DNA of 64,000 bases from assembly GCA_963718995.1 (NCBI GenBank), contig CAVRAP010000006.1, positions 5,795 through 69,794 of the forward strand. The letters run 5' to 3'. Under the pieces are notes generated by a model, which saw only the letters and a program-made list of their open reading frames with translations, did no database searches and was not told where the DNA came from. The position numbers and the translations under genes were made by a program. This stretch comes from an uncultured Actinomycetota bacterium (lineage in GTDB: Bacteria > Actinomycetota > Acidimicrobiia > Spongiisociales > UBA4744). The first letter of the stretch is position 1; every line of letters starts with the position of its first letter. Positions 26,537-36,761 of this stretch are shown one piece after another.

Positions 26537-26554
26537 CTTGCCTCCGCAGGAGGC

Positions 26555-27538
26555 GAGCGTATGAACTTCTGGCTCGAGCTGGCGATCAAGCTGGTCGTGA
26601 TCGGGGCCATGATCCCGCTGACGGCCTTGGTGCTCGGCTACGGAGAGTTGAAGATCTCGGCTCACATGCAGTCCCGGATCGGCCCGTATTTCGCCGGCGG
26701 CCGGTGGGGTTGGGCGCAGCTCCTGGCCGACGGGGTGAAGTTCATTCAGAAAGAAGACATCATCCCGGACAATGCCGACCGACCGGTCTTCAAGGTCGCC
26801 CCGGTGCTCGTGATGATCTCGACTGCCACGCTCTTCGTCATTCTCCCCTTCGGCCCGGGTGACGGGTTCATTGTCCGTGACCTCAACCTCGGCATCTTCT
26901 ACGCGCTGGCGATTTCCTCGGTCGGGACCATCGGGGTCTTGATGGCCGGGTGGTCGTCCGGGAACAAGTACTCCCTGATGGGGGGTCTCCGGGCGGCGGG
27001 CCAGTTGATCGCCTACGAGTTGCCGCTCGTGCTGGCCGTAGTCGGCGTCGTGATCCAGGCGGGCACCATGTCGATGCAGGGCATCGTCGATGCGCAGATC
27101 GCCCAGGGATGGCCGTATGTGTTCACCCAGTTCCTCGGGTTCTTCATCTTCCTCATTGCCGGACTGGCCGAGCTCAGTCGAACCCCGTTTGATATGCCGC
27201 TTGCCGAATCCGAGCTGATCTCCGGCTATCTGACCGAATACTCCGGTTTCCGGTTCCTCTTCTTCTACCTGGCCGAGTACGCCAGCATGTTCGCCGTTGC
27301 CGCCATCGCAACCACGTTGTTCCTCGGTGGCTATGCCTTCTGGGGCGTTTCGGCTTCCTGGACCGGGCCGATCTTCTTTGTTGGGAAGGTCTTGATGATC
27401 GGCTTCGTCATCATCTGGCTGCGCTGGACCTTCCCGCGTTTCCGTGAGGACCAACTGCAGACACTGGCCTGGAAATGGCTCATCCCGCTCGCCCTGGCCA
27501 ACATCCTCGTCACCGCGGTTCTCAAGGTGGTGTTCTGA
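26555..27538 (+). CDS. nuoH: NADH-quinone oxidoreductase subunit H
   Basis: 8-TM protein with the 'QSRIGPY...GLLQ'-type motif. RBS 'aggagg' at 26542. Trimmed from ORF 26342..27538. Confidence 0.9.
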   Translation, partial: ERMNFWLELAIKLVVIGAMIPLTALVLGYGELKISAHMQSRIGPYFAGGRWGWAQLLADGVKFIQKEDIIPDNADRPVFKVAPVLVMISTATLFVILPFGPGDGFIVRDLNLGIFYALAISSVGTIGVLMAGWSSGNKYSLMGGLRAAGQLIAYELPLVLAVVGVVIQAGTMSMQGIVDAQIAQGWPYVFTQFLGFFIFLIAGLAELSRTPFDMPLAESELISGYLTEYSGFRFLFFYLAEYASMFAVAAIATTLFLGGYAFWGVSASWTGPIFFVGKVLMIGFVIIWLRWTFPRFREDQLQTLAWKWLIPLALANILVTAVLKVVF

Positions 27539-27996
27539 TGGAACTCCGCATCCCCGGGCTCGCCAGAGGCATGTGGGTCACGTTGAAGACCCTCTTCAAG
27601 AAGCCGGTCACCATCAACTACCCCAAGGTCAAGGAAACCCCGGTGCCCCGGGCCCGCGGCGTTATCGCCCTCGACCAGGAGGCCTGCACGGTGTGCATGT
27701 TGTGCGCCCGCAACTGTCCCGACTGGTGCATCTACATTGAGGGTCACAAGGAAGAGCAGGTACCGGACAAGCCGGGCGGCCGGGTCAAGGTACGAGCCGA
27801 ACTGGACCGTTTCGACATCGATTACGCCCTCTGCATGTACTGCGGCATCTGCGTTGAGGTGTGCCCGTTCGATGCCCTCTTCTGGACCCCCGAGTATGAG
27901 TACTCCGAGTATCAGATGGGCGAAATGATGCACGACATGGACCGCCTGCAGGACTGGCTGCAGACGGTGCCGGAACCGCCGGAGTTGGAGACCTAG
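27538..27996 (+). CDS. nuoI: NADH-quinone oxidoreductase subunit I (2x[4Fe-4S])
   Basis: '[12 protein letters not shown]' and '[12 protein letters not shown]'. ATGA overlap with nuoH. Confidence 0.9.
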   Translation: MELRIPGLARGMWVTLKTLFKKPVTINYPKVKETPVPRARGVIALDQEACTVCMLCARNCPDWCIYIEGHKEEQVPDKPGGRVKVRAELDRFDIDYALCMYCGICVEVCPFDALFWTPEYEYSEYQMGEMMHDMDRLQDWLQTVPEPPELET

Positions 27997-28590
27997 ATGG
28001 CCGACTGGATTGCCGAACCGACGAATTGGGTGTTCCTGGTTCTGGCGCTGGTGATTGCCGTGTCCGCCGTGCGGGTGGTGACGAGCACCAACGTGGTGCA
28101 TGCCGCTCTGTTTCTGGTGCTCGCCCTCGGTGGCACGGCCGGTCTCTTCCTGCTGCTCTCGGCCGAGTTTGTTGCCTGGGTGCTGGTACTCGTGTACATC
28201 GGCGCGGTGATCGTGCTGTTCCTGTTCGGGATCATGATCACCCGCGCCCCTACCGGCCCGAATATCGAAGTCGACGGCCGGCGGGCGCCGGCGGCCATGG
28301 CCGCCTTCCTCATGTTCATCGTGACCGCCGGATCGGCGTTGACGGCGTTCGGTGACCAACAGATCGCCAATCTCGGCGGCGGAACCTCGACGGAAGTCAT
28401 CGGCGAACAGTTGCTGCAGCGCTTCGTGATTCCCTTCGAGGTCGTTTCGTTCGTGCTGCTGGCCGCCCTGATCGGCGGTATCACCCTGGCCCGCAAAGAC
28501 GCTTCTCCCGCCGAAGAAGAAGCGGCGGAAGAGGCCCGGGGTACGGGGCCCGGGCCGCGCGACGGCCAACTCCCGAAGGGAGTGAGCTGA
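27997..28590 (+). CDS. nuoJ: NADH-quinone oxidoreductase subunit J
   Basis: 5-TM protein, typical position and size. Confidence 0.85.
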   Translation: MADWIAEPTNWVFLVLALVIAVSAVRVVTSTNVVHAALFLVLALGGTAGLFLLLSAEFVAWVLVLVYIGAVIVLFLFGIMITRAPTGPNIEVDGRRAPAAMAAFLMFIVTAGSALTAFGDQQIANLGGGTSTEVIGEQLLQRFVIPFEVVSFVLLAALIGGITLARKDASPAEEEAAEEARGTGPGPRDGQLPKGVS

Positions 28591-28895
28591 TGTACCTCAA
28601 CCAGTTCCTCATCCTCGGCGCTCTGCTGTTCTCGCTCGGCATCTACGGTCTGCTGGTCCGCCGCAACGCGGTGATGGTGCTGCTATCCATCGAGCTGATG
28701 CTCAACGCGGTCAACATCAACCTGATCGCTTTCGAAGCCTTCCTGCAGAACGCCGAAGTAGGCGGGCAGATCTTCGCCATCTTCGTCATCACGGTGGCGG
28801 CGGCGGAAGTCGGGGTCGGCCTGGCCATCATCTTGATGATTTTCCGGAACCGGACCTCTGCCAATATCGACGAACTCGACCTGATGAAGTGGTAA
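28590..28895 (+). CDS. nuoK: NADH-quinone oxidoreductase subunit K
   Basis: 101-aa 3-TM protein with 'LSIELMLNAVNINL'. Confidence 0.9.
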   Translation: MYLNQFLILGALLFSLGIYGLLVRRNAVMVLLSIELMLNAVNINLIAFEAFLQNAEVGGQIFAIFVITVAAAEVGVGLAIILMIFRNRTSANIDELDLMKW

Positions 28896-28899
28896 CGGC

Positions 28900-30930
28900 A
28901 TGATCTCACTCACCAACTTCGCCATCGCCGCCGCAGAAGAGACCGGGCACGCCGTCGAGTACGGAGACGGCGGCTTCCTGGCCGAGTGGGCCTGGTTGCT
29001 GGTGATTGCGCCTTTCGTCGCTTTCCTGGCGATCGTGTTCTTCGGGAAGCGCCTGCCTCGCCAGGGTGGCGAGATCGCGGTCGGCGCCATGGCCTTCGTG
29101 GCTCTCTACGCCGCCGTCCTGTTCATCATGAACGTCACCGAAGGCGTCGTTTTCGAGCACTCGGTTGAGGTTGCGAGGTTCGGGAGCTTCGCGGTTGAGT
29201 GGGGGTGGGTCGTCGACGGGCTGTCCTCGATGATGTACCTGGTGGTCGGGTTGATGTCGGTCCTGATCTTCACCTACGCCCTCGGCTACATGGAAGGCGA
29301 CGTTCGCGTCACCTGGTTCTTTGCCGCTTTCAGTCTGTTTGCCGGGTCGATGCTGCTGCTGGTTTCCGCCCCCAACCTCATCCAGTTGATCGTCGGCTGG
29401 GAAGGGGTCGGGCTTTCTTCCTACCTGTTGATCGGCCACTACTGGGAACAGAAAGAGAACTCCTCGGCGGGAATGAAGGCCTTCTACGTCAACAAGGTGG
29501 CCGACATCGGTTTGATCATCGGCGCTTTCGTGCTGGCCATCCCGGTCGGATCGTTCAAGATTTCCGTCATCCTCGACGCCGTGGTCGGGGACTCCGAATC
29601 GATGAAGACCGTTGCCATCGCCGGTGCGGTCTTGCTGTTCATCGGGGCGATGGGCAAGAGCGCCCAGTTCCCCTTTCACGTGTGGTTGCCCGACGCGATG
29701 GCAGGCCCGACTCCGGTCTCGGCGCTGATGCACGCCGCCACCATGGTCACGGCCGGCGTCTACCTCCTGGGCCGGATGTTCCCTCTGTACGCAGAAATGG
29801 CCGCCGATGCCCGTGTCCTGGTGCTGGTTGTCGGAACGATCACGCTGATCATTGCCGGGTTGTTGGCCCTGGTACAGGACGACATCAAAAAGGTGCTGGC
29901 GTACTCAACGGTGAGCCAGTTGGGTTACATGGTGGCGGCTATGGGGGCCGGTGCCTACACGGCCGGTCTCTTCCACCTGTGGACCCATGCCTTCTTCAAG
30001 GGGTTGTTGTTCCTCGGAGCCGGTTCGGTGATCCACGGCGTCCACTCCAACAACATGAGTGACATGGGCGGCCTCCGCAAGAAGATGCCCATCACCTTCG
30101 GCACCTTCGTGGCCGGCACCCTGGCGCTGGCCGGCATCTTCCCCTTCGCCGGGTTCTTCTCCAAAGATGAGATCCTCGCCGCCTTCAACTACGAGGGGTA
30201 CACGGCGGTGCTGGCCATCGGCATCATCGGCGCCTTTATCACCGCCTTCTATATGGCCCGGACCGTGTTCCTCACGTTCTACGGCACGTACAAGGGTCAC
30301 GGCGAGCCCCACGAATCGCCCCGGCTGATGACCGTGCCGATGGTGATCCTGGCCGGTCTGGCTGTGGTAGGCGGTTGGGTCAACATCCCCGGGATCTACA
30401 CCGGTTTCACCACCTGGGTCGGTACCCGGGCGCACGTCTTTGAGGAGCACCATGCCGAGAGCTTCGACTGGCCGGTCTTGGCGATGGGCCTGACCGCCGG
30501 CCTCCTCGGCATCGGCCTCGGCTACTTGCTCTTCTTCAAGGACAAGCAGACCCAGCGCGAGCGCGACACCTTCCGGGTCCCCGTGCTGTATCCCTTGCTC
30601 GAACACAAGTACTACCTGGATGACCTCTACATGGGCGGCATCGTCAACCCCATCAAGGGACCCATCGCCAGGTTCGTCAACTGGACCAACTCGTACATTT
30701 TCGACGGGATCGTCAACGGGACCGGGTTCCTCGCCAGGGCTCTGGCGGGCGTGGTGTACGGCCTGTTCGATCAGCGGGGCATCGACCTCGCCTTCAACGG
30801 GATTGCGTTCACCGCCGACGGCGCCGGCGGCAAGACGCGGCTTCTCCAAACCGGCAAGGTGCAGCAGTACGCGGGCGCCACGGTGGTCGGCGCAGCATTG
30901 CTGGTCATCGGTTTCGTAATTTTCAGATAG
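28900..30930 (+). CDS. nuoL: NADH-quinone oxidoreductase subunit L
   Basis: 676-aa antiporter-like subunit with the long C-terminal amphipathic helix region. Confidence 0.9.
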   Translation: MISLTNFAIAAAEETGHAVEYGDGGFLAEWAWLLVIAPFVAFLAIVFFGKRLPRQGGEIAVGAMAFVALYAAVLFIMNVTEGVVFEHSVEVARFGSFAVEWGWVVDGLSSMMYLVVGLMSVLIFTYALGYMEGDVRVTWFFAAFSLFAGSMLLLVSAPNLIQLIVGWEGVGLSSYLLIGHYWEQKENSSAGMKAFYVNKVADIGLIIGAFVLAIPVGSFKISVILDAVVGDSESMKTVAIAGAVLLFIGAMGKSAQFPFHVWLPDAMAGPTPVSALMHAATMVTAGVYLLGRMFPLYAEMAADARVLVLVVGTITLIIAGLLALVQDDIKKVLAYSTVSQLGYMVAAMGAGAYTAGLFHLWTHAFFKGLLFLGAGSVIHGVHSNNMSDMGGLRKKMPITFGTFVAGTLALAGIFPFAGFFSKDEILAAFNYEGYTAVLAIGIIGAFITAFYMARTVFLTFYGTYKGHGEPHESPRLMTVPMVILAGLAVVGGWVNIPGIYTGFTTWVGTRAHVFEEHHAESFDWPVLAMGLTAGLLGIGLGYLLFFKDKQTQRERDTFRVPVLYPLLEHKYYLDDLYMGGIVNPIKGPIARFVNWTNSYIFDGIVNGTGFLARALAGVVYGLFDQRGIDLAFNGIAFTADGAGGKTRLLQTGKVQQYAGATVVGAALLVIGFVIFR

Positions 30931-30943
30931 GAGGGACGAGAGC

Positions 30944-32518
30944 ATGGGGTGGTTCGATAACGGGTGGGGCTTGAGCCTGATCGTGTTCCTGCCCCTGGTA
31001 GGCGCGGTCGCCGTGCTCTTCACCCCCAAGAAAAACGAAGCGGCCATCAAGGCGCTCTCGCTCGGGTTCACCGGAGTGACCCTGGTGCTTGCCACCCTCA
31101 TGGCCATCCGGTTCGATTTCGGAAACGCCGACATGTTCCAGTTCGGAACAAGTCTCACGTGGATCGAGTCGATCAACTCCGGCTATCACATCGGCATAGA
31201 CGGGATATCACTACCCCTCCTGGTGTTGTCCGCGTTCGTCACCGTGCTGGCCGTGATCTACTCGTTCAACCACTGGCCGGAACCGCACAACCCCAAAGGG
31301 TTCATGGCGTTGACGCTGGTGCTGGCCACCGGCATGAACGGCACCTTCGTGGCGCTCGACCTGGTGCTCTTCTTCGTGTTCTTCGAACTCGTGCTGCTTC
31401 CGATGTACTTCATGATCGGGATCTGGGGCGACAAGGCCGTTATGAAGATCCCCGGTTTCAACCGGGAGGTGGAGACCCGCCTGTACGCCTCCATCAAGTT
31501 CTTCCTGTTCACCCTGTTCGGGTCGGCCTTCATGCTGCTGGGCTTCCTGGCGCTCTACTACAAGTCGGGCGAGTTCGGGACCAAGACCTTCGACATCCCT
31601 GCCCTGATCGAACTCGCACCCAACTTCACCGGAACCTTCGGGTTCCTGGTGTTTGGAGCGCTGTTCCTGGGATTCGCAGTGAAGGTGCCGATGTGGCCCT
31701 TCCACACCTGGTTGCCCGACGCCCATACCGCCGCGCCGACCGTCGGGTCCGTGCTGCTGGCCGCCGTCCTCCTGAAGCTCGGTTCCTACGGGTTCATCAG
31801 GATCAGCATCCCGATCCTGCCGGAGATGGCGCGCGAGTGGGCCCCGGCCATCGCCATCCTGGCGGTGATCGGCATCATCTACGGGTCGCTGGCGTGTCTC
31901 GCCCAGACCGATATGAAACGGCTGATCGCGTTCTCCTCGGTCGGTCACATGGGTTTTGTGATGCTCGGCATCGCCTCGATGACCCCGGTCGGCATCAACG
32001 CGGCGATCATCGGCATGGTCGCTCACGGGGTCATCACCGGCCTCTTGTTCTTCGTCGCAGGTTCGATGTCGCACCGCTACCACACCCGCGACATGGCCCG
32101 CCTGGGCGGCAACATGAAGGTCATGCCGATCATGGGTGGCATCCTCGGGTTCACCGCCATGGCCTCCCTCGGCTTGCCCGGCCTGGCCGGGTTCTGGGGC
32201 GAATTCATGGCCCTCTTCGGTGCGTACAGTCCGCTGGCCGGCCTCAACACGACACTGTTCAGGACTGCCATGGTGCTCGGCGCGATCGGCACCGTGCTGA
32301 CGGCCGGCTACATGCTGTGGATGCTGCAGAAGGTCAACCTGGGCGAACCGTCCGCCGAATGGGAAGGCAAGTCCTTCCACGACGTCGACGCGTACGAACT
32401 GACGGCCTGGGTTCCGCTGGTGGTCGTGATCGTGGCGATCGGGGTGTTCCCCCGCCTGGTGCTGGGCGCCACCAACGACGCGGTGGTTTCCATGCTGACG
32501 ACAGCGTTTGGGGGCTGA
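30944..32518 (+). CDS. nuoM: NADH-quinone oxidoreductase subunit M
   Basis: 524-aa antiporter-like subunit. Confidence 0.9.
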   Translation: MGWFDNGWGLSLIVFLPLVGAVAVLFTPKKNEAAIKALSLGFTGVTLVLATLMAIRFDFGNADMFQFGTSLTWIESINSGYHIGIDGISLPLLVLSAFVTVLAVIYSFNHWPEPHNPKGFMALTLVLATGMNGTFVALDLVLFFVFFELVLLPMYFMIGIWGDKAVMKIPGFNREVETRLYASIKFFLFTLFGSAFMLLGFLALYYKSGEFGTKTFDIPALIELAPNFTGTFGFLVFGALFLGFAVKVPMWPFHTWLPDAHTAAPTVGSVLLAAVLLKLGSYGFIRISIPILPEMAREWAPAIAILAVIGIIYGSLACLAQTDMKRLIAFSSVGHMGFVMLGIASMTPVGINAAIIGMVAHGVITGLLFFVAGSMSHRYHTRDMARLGGNMKVMPIMGGILGFTAMASLGLPGLAGFWGEFMALFGAYSPLAGLNTTLFRTAMVLGAIGTVLTAGYMLWMLQKVNLGEPSAEWEGKSFHDVDAYELTAWVPLVVVIVAIGVFPRLVLGATNDAVVSMLTTAFGG

Positions 32519-34013
32519 TTTGTCACCGGACATCGACTACCTCGCGCTGGCGCCGGAGATCACTCTGGCGGTGACGGCCGTGGTCGTCCTGTTGCTCGAC
32601 CTGTTCCTGCCTCGGAGCCAGAAGTACTGGACGGCCATCGTCGCGGTACTGGGAGTCAGCTTTGCCGCTCTTCCGCTGATCGCCCTGGCCGTCAGCGACG
32701 TCGGGACGCGGAGCATGCTCGGCGGCAGCTTCGTCGTCGATGACTTCGCCCTCGTGCTCAAGGGACTGTTCGTGGTGGCCGGGTACCTGGTGCTGCTCAT
32801 GTCGGTCAGTTACATCGAGTCCGACCGTTACTACCAGGGCGAGTACTACTTCCTGATGCTCATGTCGATTCTCGGCACCGTGGTGCTGGCCTCGTCCCGT
32901 GATCTGATCACCATGTTCATCGCCATCGAATTGGTGTCCCAGCCGATGTACCTGCTGGCCGGATGGCGCAAGGGTGACCTGCGGTCCAACGAGGCGTCGC
33001 TCAAATACTTCCTGCTCGGGGTTCTGGCCTCGGCTCTCATGCTCTACGGCATGTCGTTCGTGTACGGCCTCACGGGTGAGCTGACGTTCGCGGGCATTGC
33101 CGCAGCCGGAGCCGGAATGGCAGGCGACCCGGGATTCATCATGGCGATCCTCTTCATGATCGCCGGGTTCGGCTTCAAGGTGTCGGCCGTGCCGTTCCAC
33201 TTCTGGGCGCCGGATACGTATGAAGGCGCACCAACCCCGGTGACCGCCTACCTGTCGGTATCGTCGAAGGCGGCGGGGTTCGTGGCTTTGCTGGTGGTGC
33301 TCTATTCGGCGTTCCCGGACGCGGCCGGGGTGTGGGGCCCGGCCATCTGGATCCTGGCGGCCCTGTCGATGACGCTGGCCAACCTGACCGCTTTGCGGCA
33401 AACCAACATCGTCCGGCTGCTGGCCTACTCGTCGGTCGCCCAGGCGGGGTTCATGCTGGTGCCGTTCGCGGCGGCCGCCACGACGGATCAGATCGGGCTG
33501 GGGGAGGCCTTTGCCGCCACCGTCACCTACATCGTGATCTACGCCTTCATGAACCTGGGCGCCTTTGCGGTGGTCATTGCCGGTGCCCGCAAGACCGGCA
33601 CGGGCGATATCGAAGGTTGGGGTGGGCTTGGTTCGTACGCCCCGGGTATCGGACTTCTGGCCGGGGCTTTCTTCTTCTCCCTGGCCGGCATCCCGCCCCT
33701 GGCGGGCTGGATCGCCAAACTGGTCATGTTCAGTGCGGCTATGGGGGCCGGATCGGCCTGGATGGTGGCCCTGGCCGCGATCGCCGCAGTGAACGCGGTG
33801 ATCGCCCTCTTCTACTACGCACGGGTCGTCAAGACGATCTGGATGGACCCGGTCCCGGCCACGGCCCCCGACGAAGAGGTGCGGACCGGTCCGGTGGCGG
33901 GGTCGCTTGGCCTCGCTCTCGGACTGTCGGTGGCGGTGGTGGTGGCGGCCGGTTTCTTCCCCTCCCTCGTCACCTTCTTCTCCGATGCCACCAAGGTGCT
34001 CGCCGGCGGTTAG
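32508..34013 (+). CDS. nuoN: NADH-quinone oxidoreductase subunit N
   Basis: 501-aa antiporter-like subunit. TTG start overlaps the end of nuoM. Confidence 0.85.
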   Translation: MGADLSPDIDYLALAPEITLAVTAVVVLLLDLFLPRSQKYWTAIVAVLGVSFAALPLIALAVSDVGTRSMLGGSFVVDDFALVLKGLFVVAGYLVLLMSVSYIESDRYYQGEYYFLMLMSILGTVVLASSRDLITMFIAIELVSQPMYLLAGWRKGDLRSNEASLKYFLLGVLASALMLYGMSFVYGLTGELTFAGIAAAGAGMAGDPGFIMAILFMIAGFGFKVSAVPFHFWAPDTYEGAPTPVTAYLSVSSKAAGFVALLVVLYSAFPDAAGVWGPAIWILAALSMTLANLTALRQTNIVRLLAYSSVAQAGFMLVPFAAAATTDQIGLGEAFAATVTYIVIYAFMNLGAFAVVIAGARKTGTGDIEGWGGLGSYAPGIGLLAGAFFFSLAGIPPLAGWIAKLVMFSAAMGAGSAWMVALAAIAAVNAVIALFYYARVVKTIWMDPVPATAPDEEVRTGPVAGSLGLALGLSVAVVVAAGFFPSLVTFFSDATKVLAGG

Positions 34014-34043
34014 CCCGGGCGATGCTCGGGACGCGTAGTCTCC

Positions 34044-34538
34044 TTGTCAGGCAAACGGAGGGGAGAGATGAACCAGATCGAGACAGAGTTCTTCGGGTTG
34101 CTGGACATGACCCACGGAATACGGGACAGCGCCGTTGCCCTCATCGGCGGCGCCGACCTGGCCTTCAGGATCGAGGGCTGCAAGTCGCTGGGCGAGGTGC
34201 TGCAGGACCTGGGCGATATCGAAACCATGTACACAGGTTCCTTCCAGACGATGAAGATGGATTTCGCCGCACAAGCACCCGGGCGCGACGACATCGCGTC
34301 GGGCGCGGCGGCGGTCGCCTGGCTGCACGGATTGGACGGCGACCTCAAGGCTGCCCTGGCCGCCCTGAGCGACGATGACCTCGCCAAGCCCATCGATCGG
34401 GGTGGATGGCACATGCCGGCGTTGGTTCAGTTCCACACGTACCGGGAGGCCATGCTGATCCAGTTCGGCAAGCTCGACTGCTATCTGCGGGCCCTCGGCA
34501 AGGAGCTGCCCGAAGAGTGGGTGGCCTGGGTCGGGTAG
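34044..34538 (+). CDS. hypothetical protein (164 aa)
   Basis: ORF with consistent codon usage directly downstream of nuoN. No diagnostic motif. Confidence 0.4.
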   Translation: MSGKRRGEMNQIETEFFGLLDMTHGIRDSAVALIGGADLAFRIEGCKSLGEVLQDLGDIETMYTGSFQTMKMDFAAQAPGRDDIASGAAAVAWLHGLDGDLKAALAALSDDDLAKPIDRGGWHMPALVQFHTYREAMLIQFGKLDCYLRALGKELPEEWVAWVG

Positions 34539-34628
34539 TCCCGATCGGGCGGAATGAGTGGTCCCAACCCGCCGGGGGGATGGTCCGGGCAGCTAGCCTC
34601 CGCTGCACACCCGAGAAACGGTTGATCC

Positions 34629-36703
34629 ATGCCGGTAGACGAAGACAAGTCCCCGCAACGCAAGGCCGCCAAGAAACCCGCCGCCAAGAAACCGGCGGCG
34701 CCGCCCGCCTCTCCGGCCTCCCCGGCGAAACCAACCGCCGGAACGCCGGCCGCCCAACCACCTGCGGAGGCAGCCTCCGCCGATCTGCCCTATTTCAGCC
34801 TGCTCACCGAAGACGACCTGTTCCTGTTCAACGAAGGCTCGCACTTCCGGCTCTACGAGAAGCTGGGTTGTCATCTCGTCGAGGTAGAAGGCGTGGCCGG
34901 GGCCTATTTCGCTGTGTGGGCGCCGGACGCCGAGTACGTGTCGGTGATCGGGGACTTCAACTTCTACAACCCGGGCGAGCACCCGCTCAAGCCGAAAGGA
35001 GCCTCGGGGATCTGGGAGGGGTTCATCCCCGGGATCGAACAAGGCGAGACGTACAAGTTCCACATCGGCTCCAAGTTCAACGTGTACCGGGTGGACAAAG
35101 CCGACCCCTTCGCGACCTACTCCGAGGTGCCGCCCAAGACGGCCTCTCGCGTCTGGGATCTCGCTTACGAGTGGGGTGACGCTGACTGGATGAAGGTCAG
35201 AGAGGTCCATAACGCCCACAACGCCCCCATATCGATCTACGAGATGCACCTGGGCTCGTGGCGGCGGGTTCCCGAGGAGGGCAACCGGTCGCTCACGTAC
35301 CGGGAGACCGCTCCTCTGCTGGTCGAACACCTCCAGAAGATGAACTTCACGCATGTGGAGTTCCTGCCGGTCATGGAGTATCCGTTCGGTGGTTCGTGGG
35401 GATACCAGTCGACCGGCTACTTCGGTCCGACCTCCCGATTCGGTAGCCCGGAGGACTTCATGTTCCTCATCGACACGCTGCACCAGGCGGGGATCGGCGT
35501 GATCGTCGACTGGGTGCCTTCGCACTTCGCCACCGACGAGCACGGCCTCGGCTATTTCGACGGCACGCACCTGTACGAGCATTCGGACGAGCGCGAAGGG
35601 CTTCCATCCCGACTGGGGGAGCTGGATCTTCAACTACGGCCGCAACGAGGTGCGCAGCTTCCTCATCTCCAGCGCCATCTCCTGGCTGGACCGGTATCAC
35701 ATCGACGGGATCCGGGTTGATGCGGTCGCCTCGATGCTGTACCTCGACTACTCCCGCGAAGACGGCGAGTGGATCCCCAACGAGTACGGCGGCAACGAGA
35801 ACATCGAAGCGATCACTCTGCTGCGGCGGTTCAACGAGGAGGTCTACCGCCAGTTCCCGGACGTGCAGACCTTCGCCGAGGAATCGACCGCCTGGCCGTC
35901 GGTGTCCCGGCCCGACCTACATCGGCGGACTCGGGTTCGGCTTCAAGTGGGACATGGGATGGATGCACGACACCCTGGCCTACATGCAACTCGATCCGCT
36001 GTTCCGTCAGTACCACCACAACGACCTGACGTTCCGGGGTCTGTACGCCTTCACGGAGAGTTTCACGCTGCCGCTCTCCCACGACGAGGTGGTGCACGGC
36101 AAGGGTTCGCTGGCCGCCAAGATGCCGGGCGACGACTGGCAGAAGTTCGCCAACCTGCGCCTGCTCTACGCCTACATGTTCGCCCAGCCCGGCAAGAAGC
36201 TGCTGTTCATGGGCGGCGAGATCGCCCAGTGGGCCGAGTGGAACCACGACGGTTCGCTGGCCTGGGACCTGCTGGATTGGGAACCGCACCGCGGCATCCT
36301 CAAGCTGGTCGGCGACCTCGGCCGGGTCTACCGGGATGAGCCGGCGCTCTACGAGTGGGACACCGACGACCGCGGCTTCGAATGGGTGGAGGCCAACGAC
36401 TGGCAGGCGAGCACCCTCTCATGGTTGCGACGGGGCGGGTCGACCGACGACATCATCCTGGCCATCTTCAACTTCACCCCGGTCGCCCGGTACAACTACC
36501 GCATGGGCGTGCCGCGCGAGGGCCACTGGGAGGAGATCCTCAACACCGACGCCGCCGATTACGGTGGCAGCGGTCTGGGCAACCTCGGAGGGGTGGAAGC
36601 TCACAAGACCGGCGCCCACGGCCGGCCGTTCTCGGTGAATCTGACGTTGCCTCCCCTGGGGGCGGTGTTCCTGAAGAGTTCTCAGGAGCTGAGTTCCCCG
36701 TAA
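34629..36703 (+). CDS. glgB: 1,4-alpha-glucan branching enzyme with Ala/Lys/Pro-rich N-terminal extension (two apparent frameshifts near 35595 and 35915)
   Basis: GH13 motifs '[13 protein letters not shown]', '[17 protein letters not shown]', 'FAEESTAWP' and '[13 protein letters not shown]'. The three ORFs 34629..35720, 35650..36339 and 35717..36703 are successive frames of one gene. Confidence 0.8.
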
Positions 36704-36746
36704 CCAGTTGCCAGTAACCAGTAATTGGCAGTTCCAGTTGCCAGAA
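36699..36746. repeat. short CAGT-core heptamer array
   Basis: 'aaccagttgccagtaaccagtaattggcagttccagttgccag' overlaps the glgB stop. Confidence 0.7.
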
Positions 36747-36761
36747 TGTGCTGGATGACTG

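Noticed and set aside
28906-32533. Antisense ORFs of 275-440 aa opposite nuoL/nuoM (28906..29733, 29905..31176, 31211..32533)
   Set aside because: Low-complexity Arg/Gly/Asp/His-rich translations without hydrophobic or catalytic motifs. The sense-strand Nuo subunits are unambiguous.
34629-34790. Separate small gene encoding the Ala/Lys/Pro-rich peptide upstream of the GlgB catalytic core
   Set aside because: It is in the same reading frame and continuous with the branching-enzyme N-terminal CBM48-like region, with no internal stop. It is treated as an N-terminal low-complexity extension of glgB.
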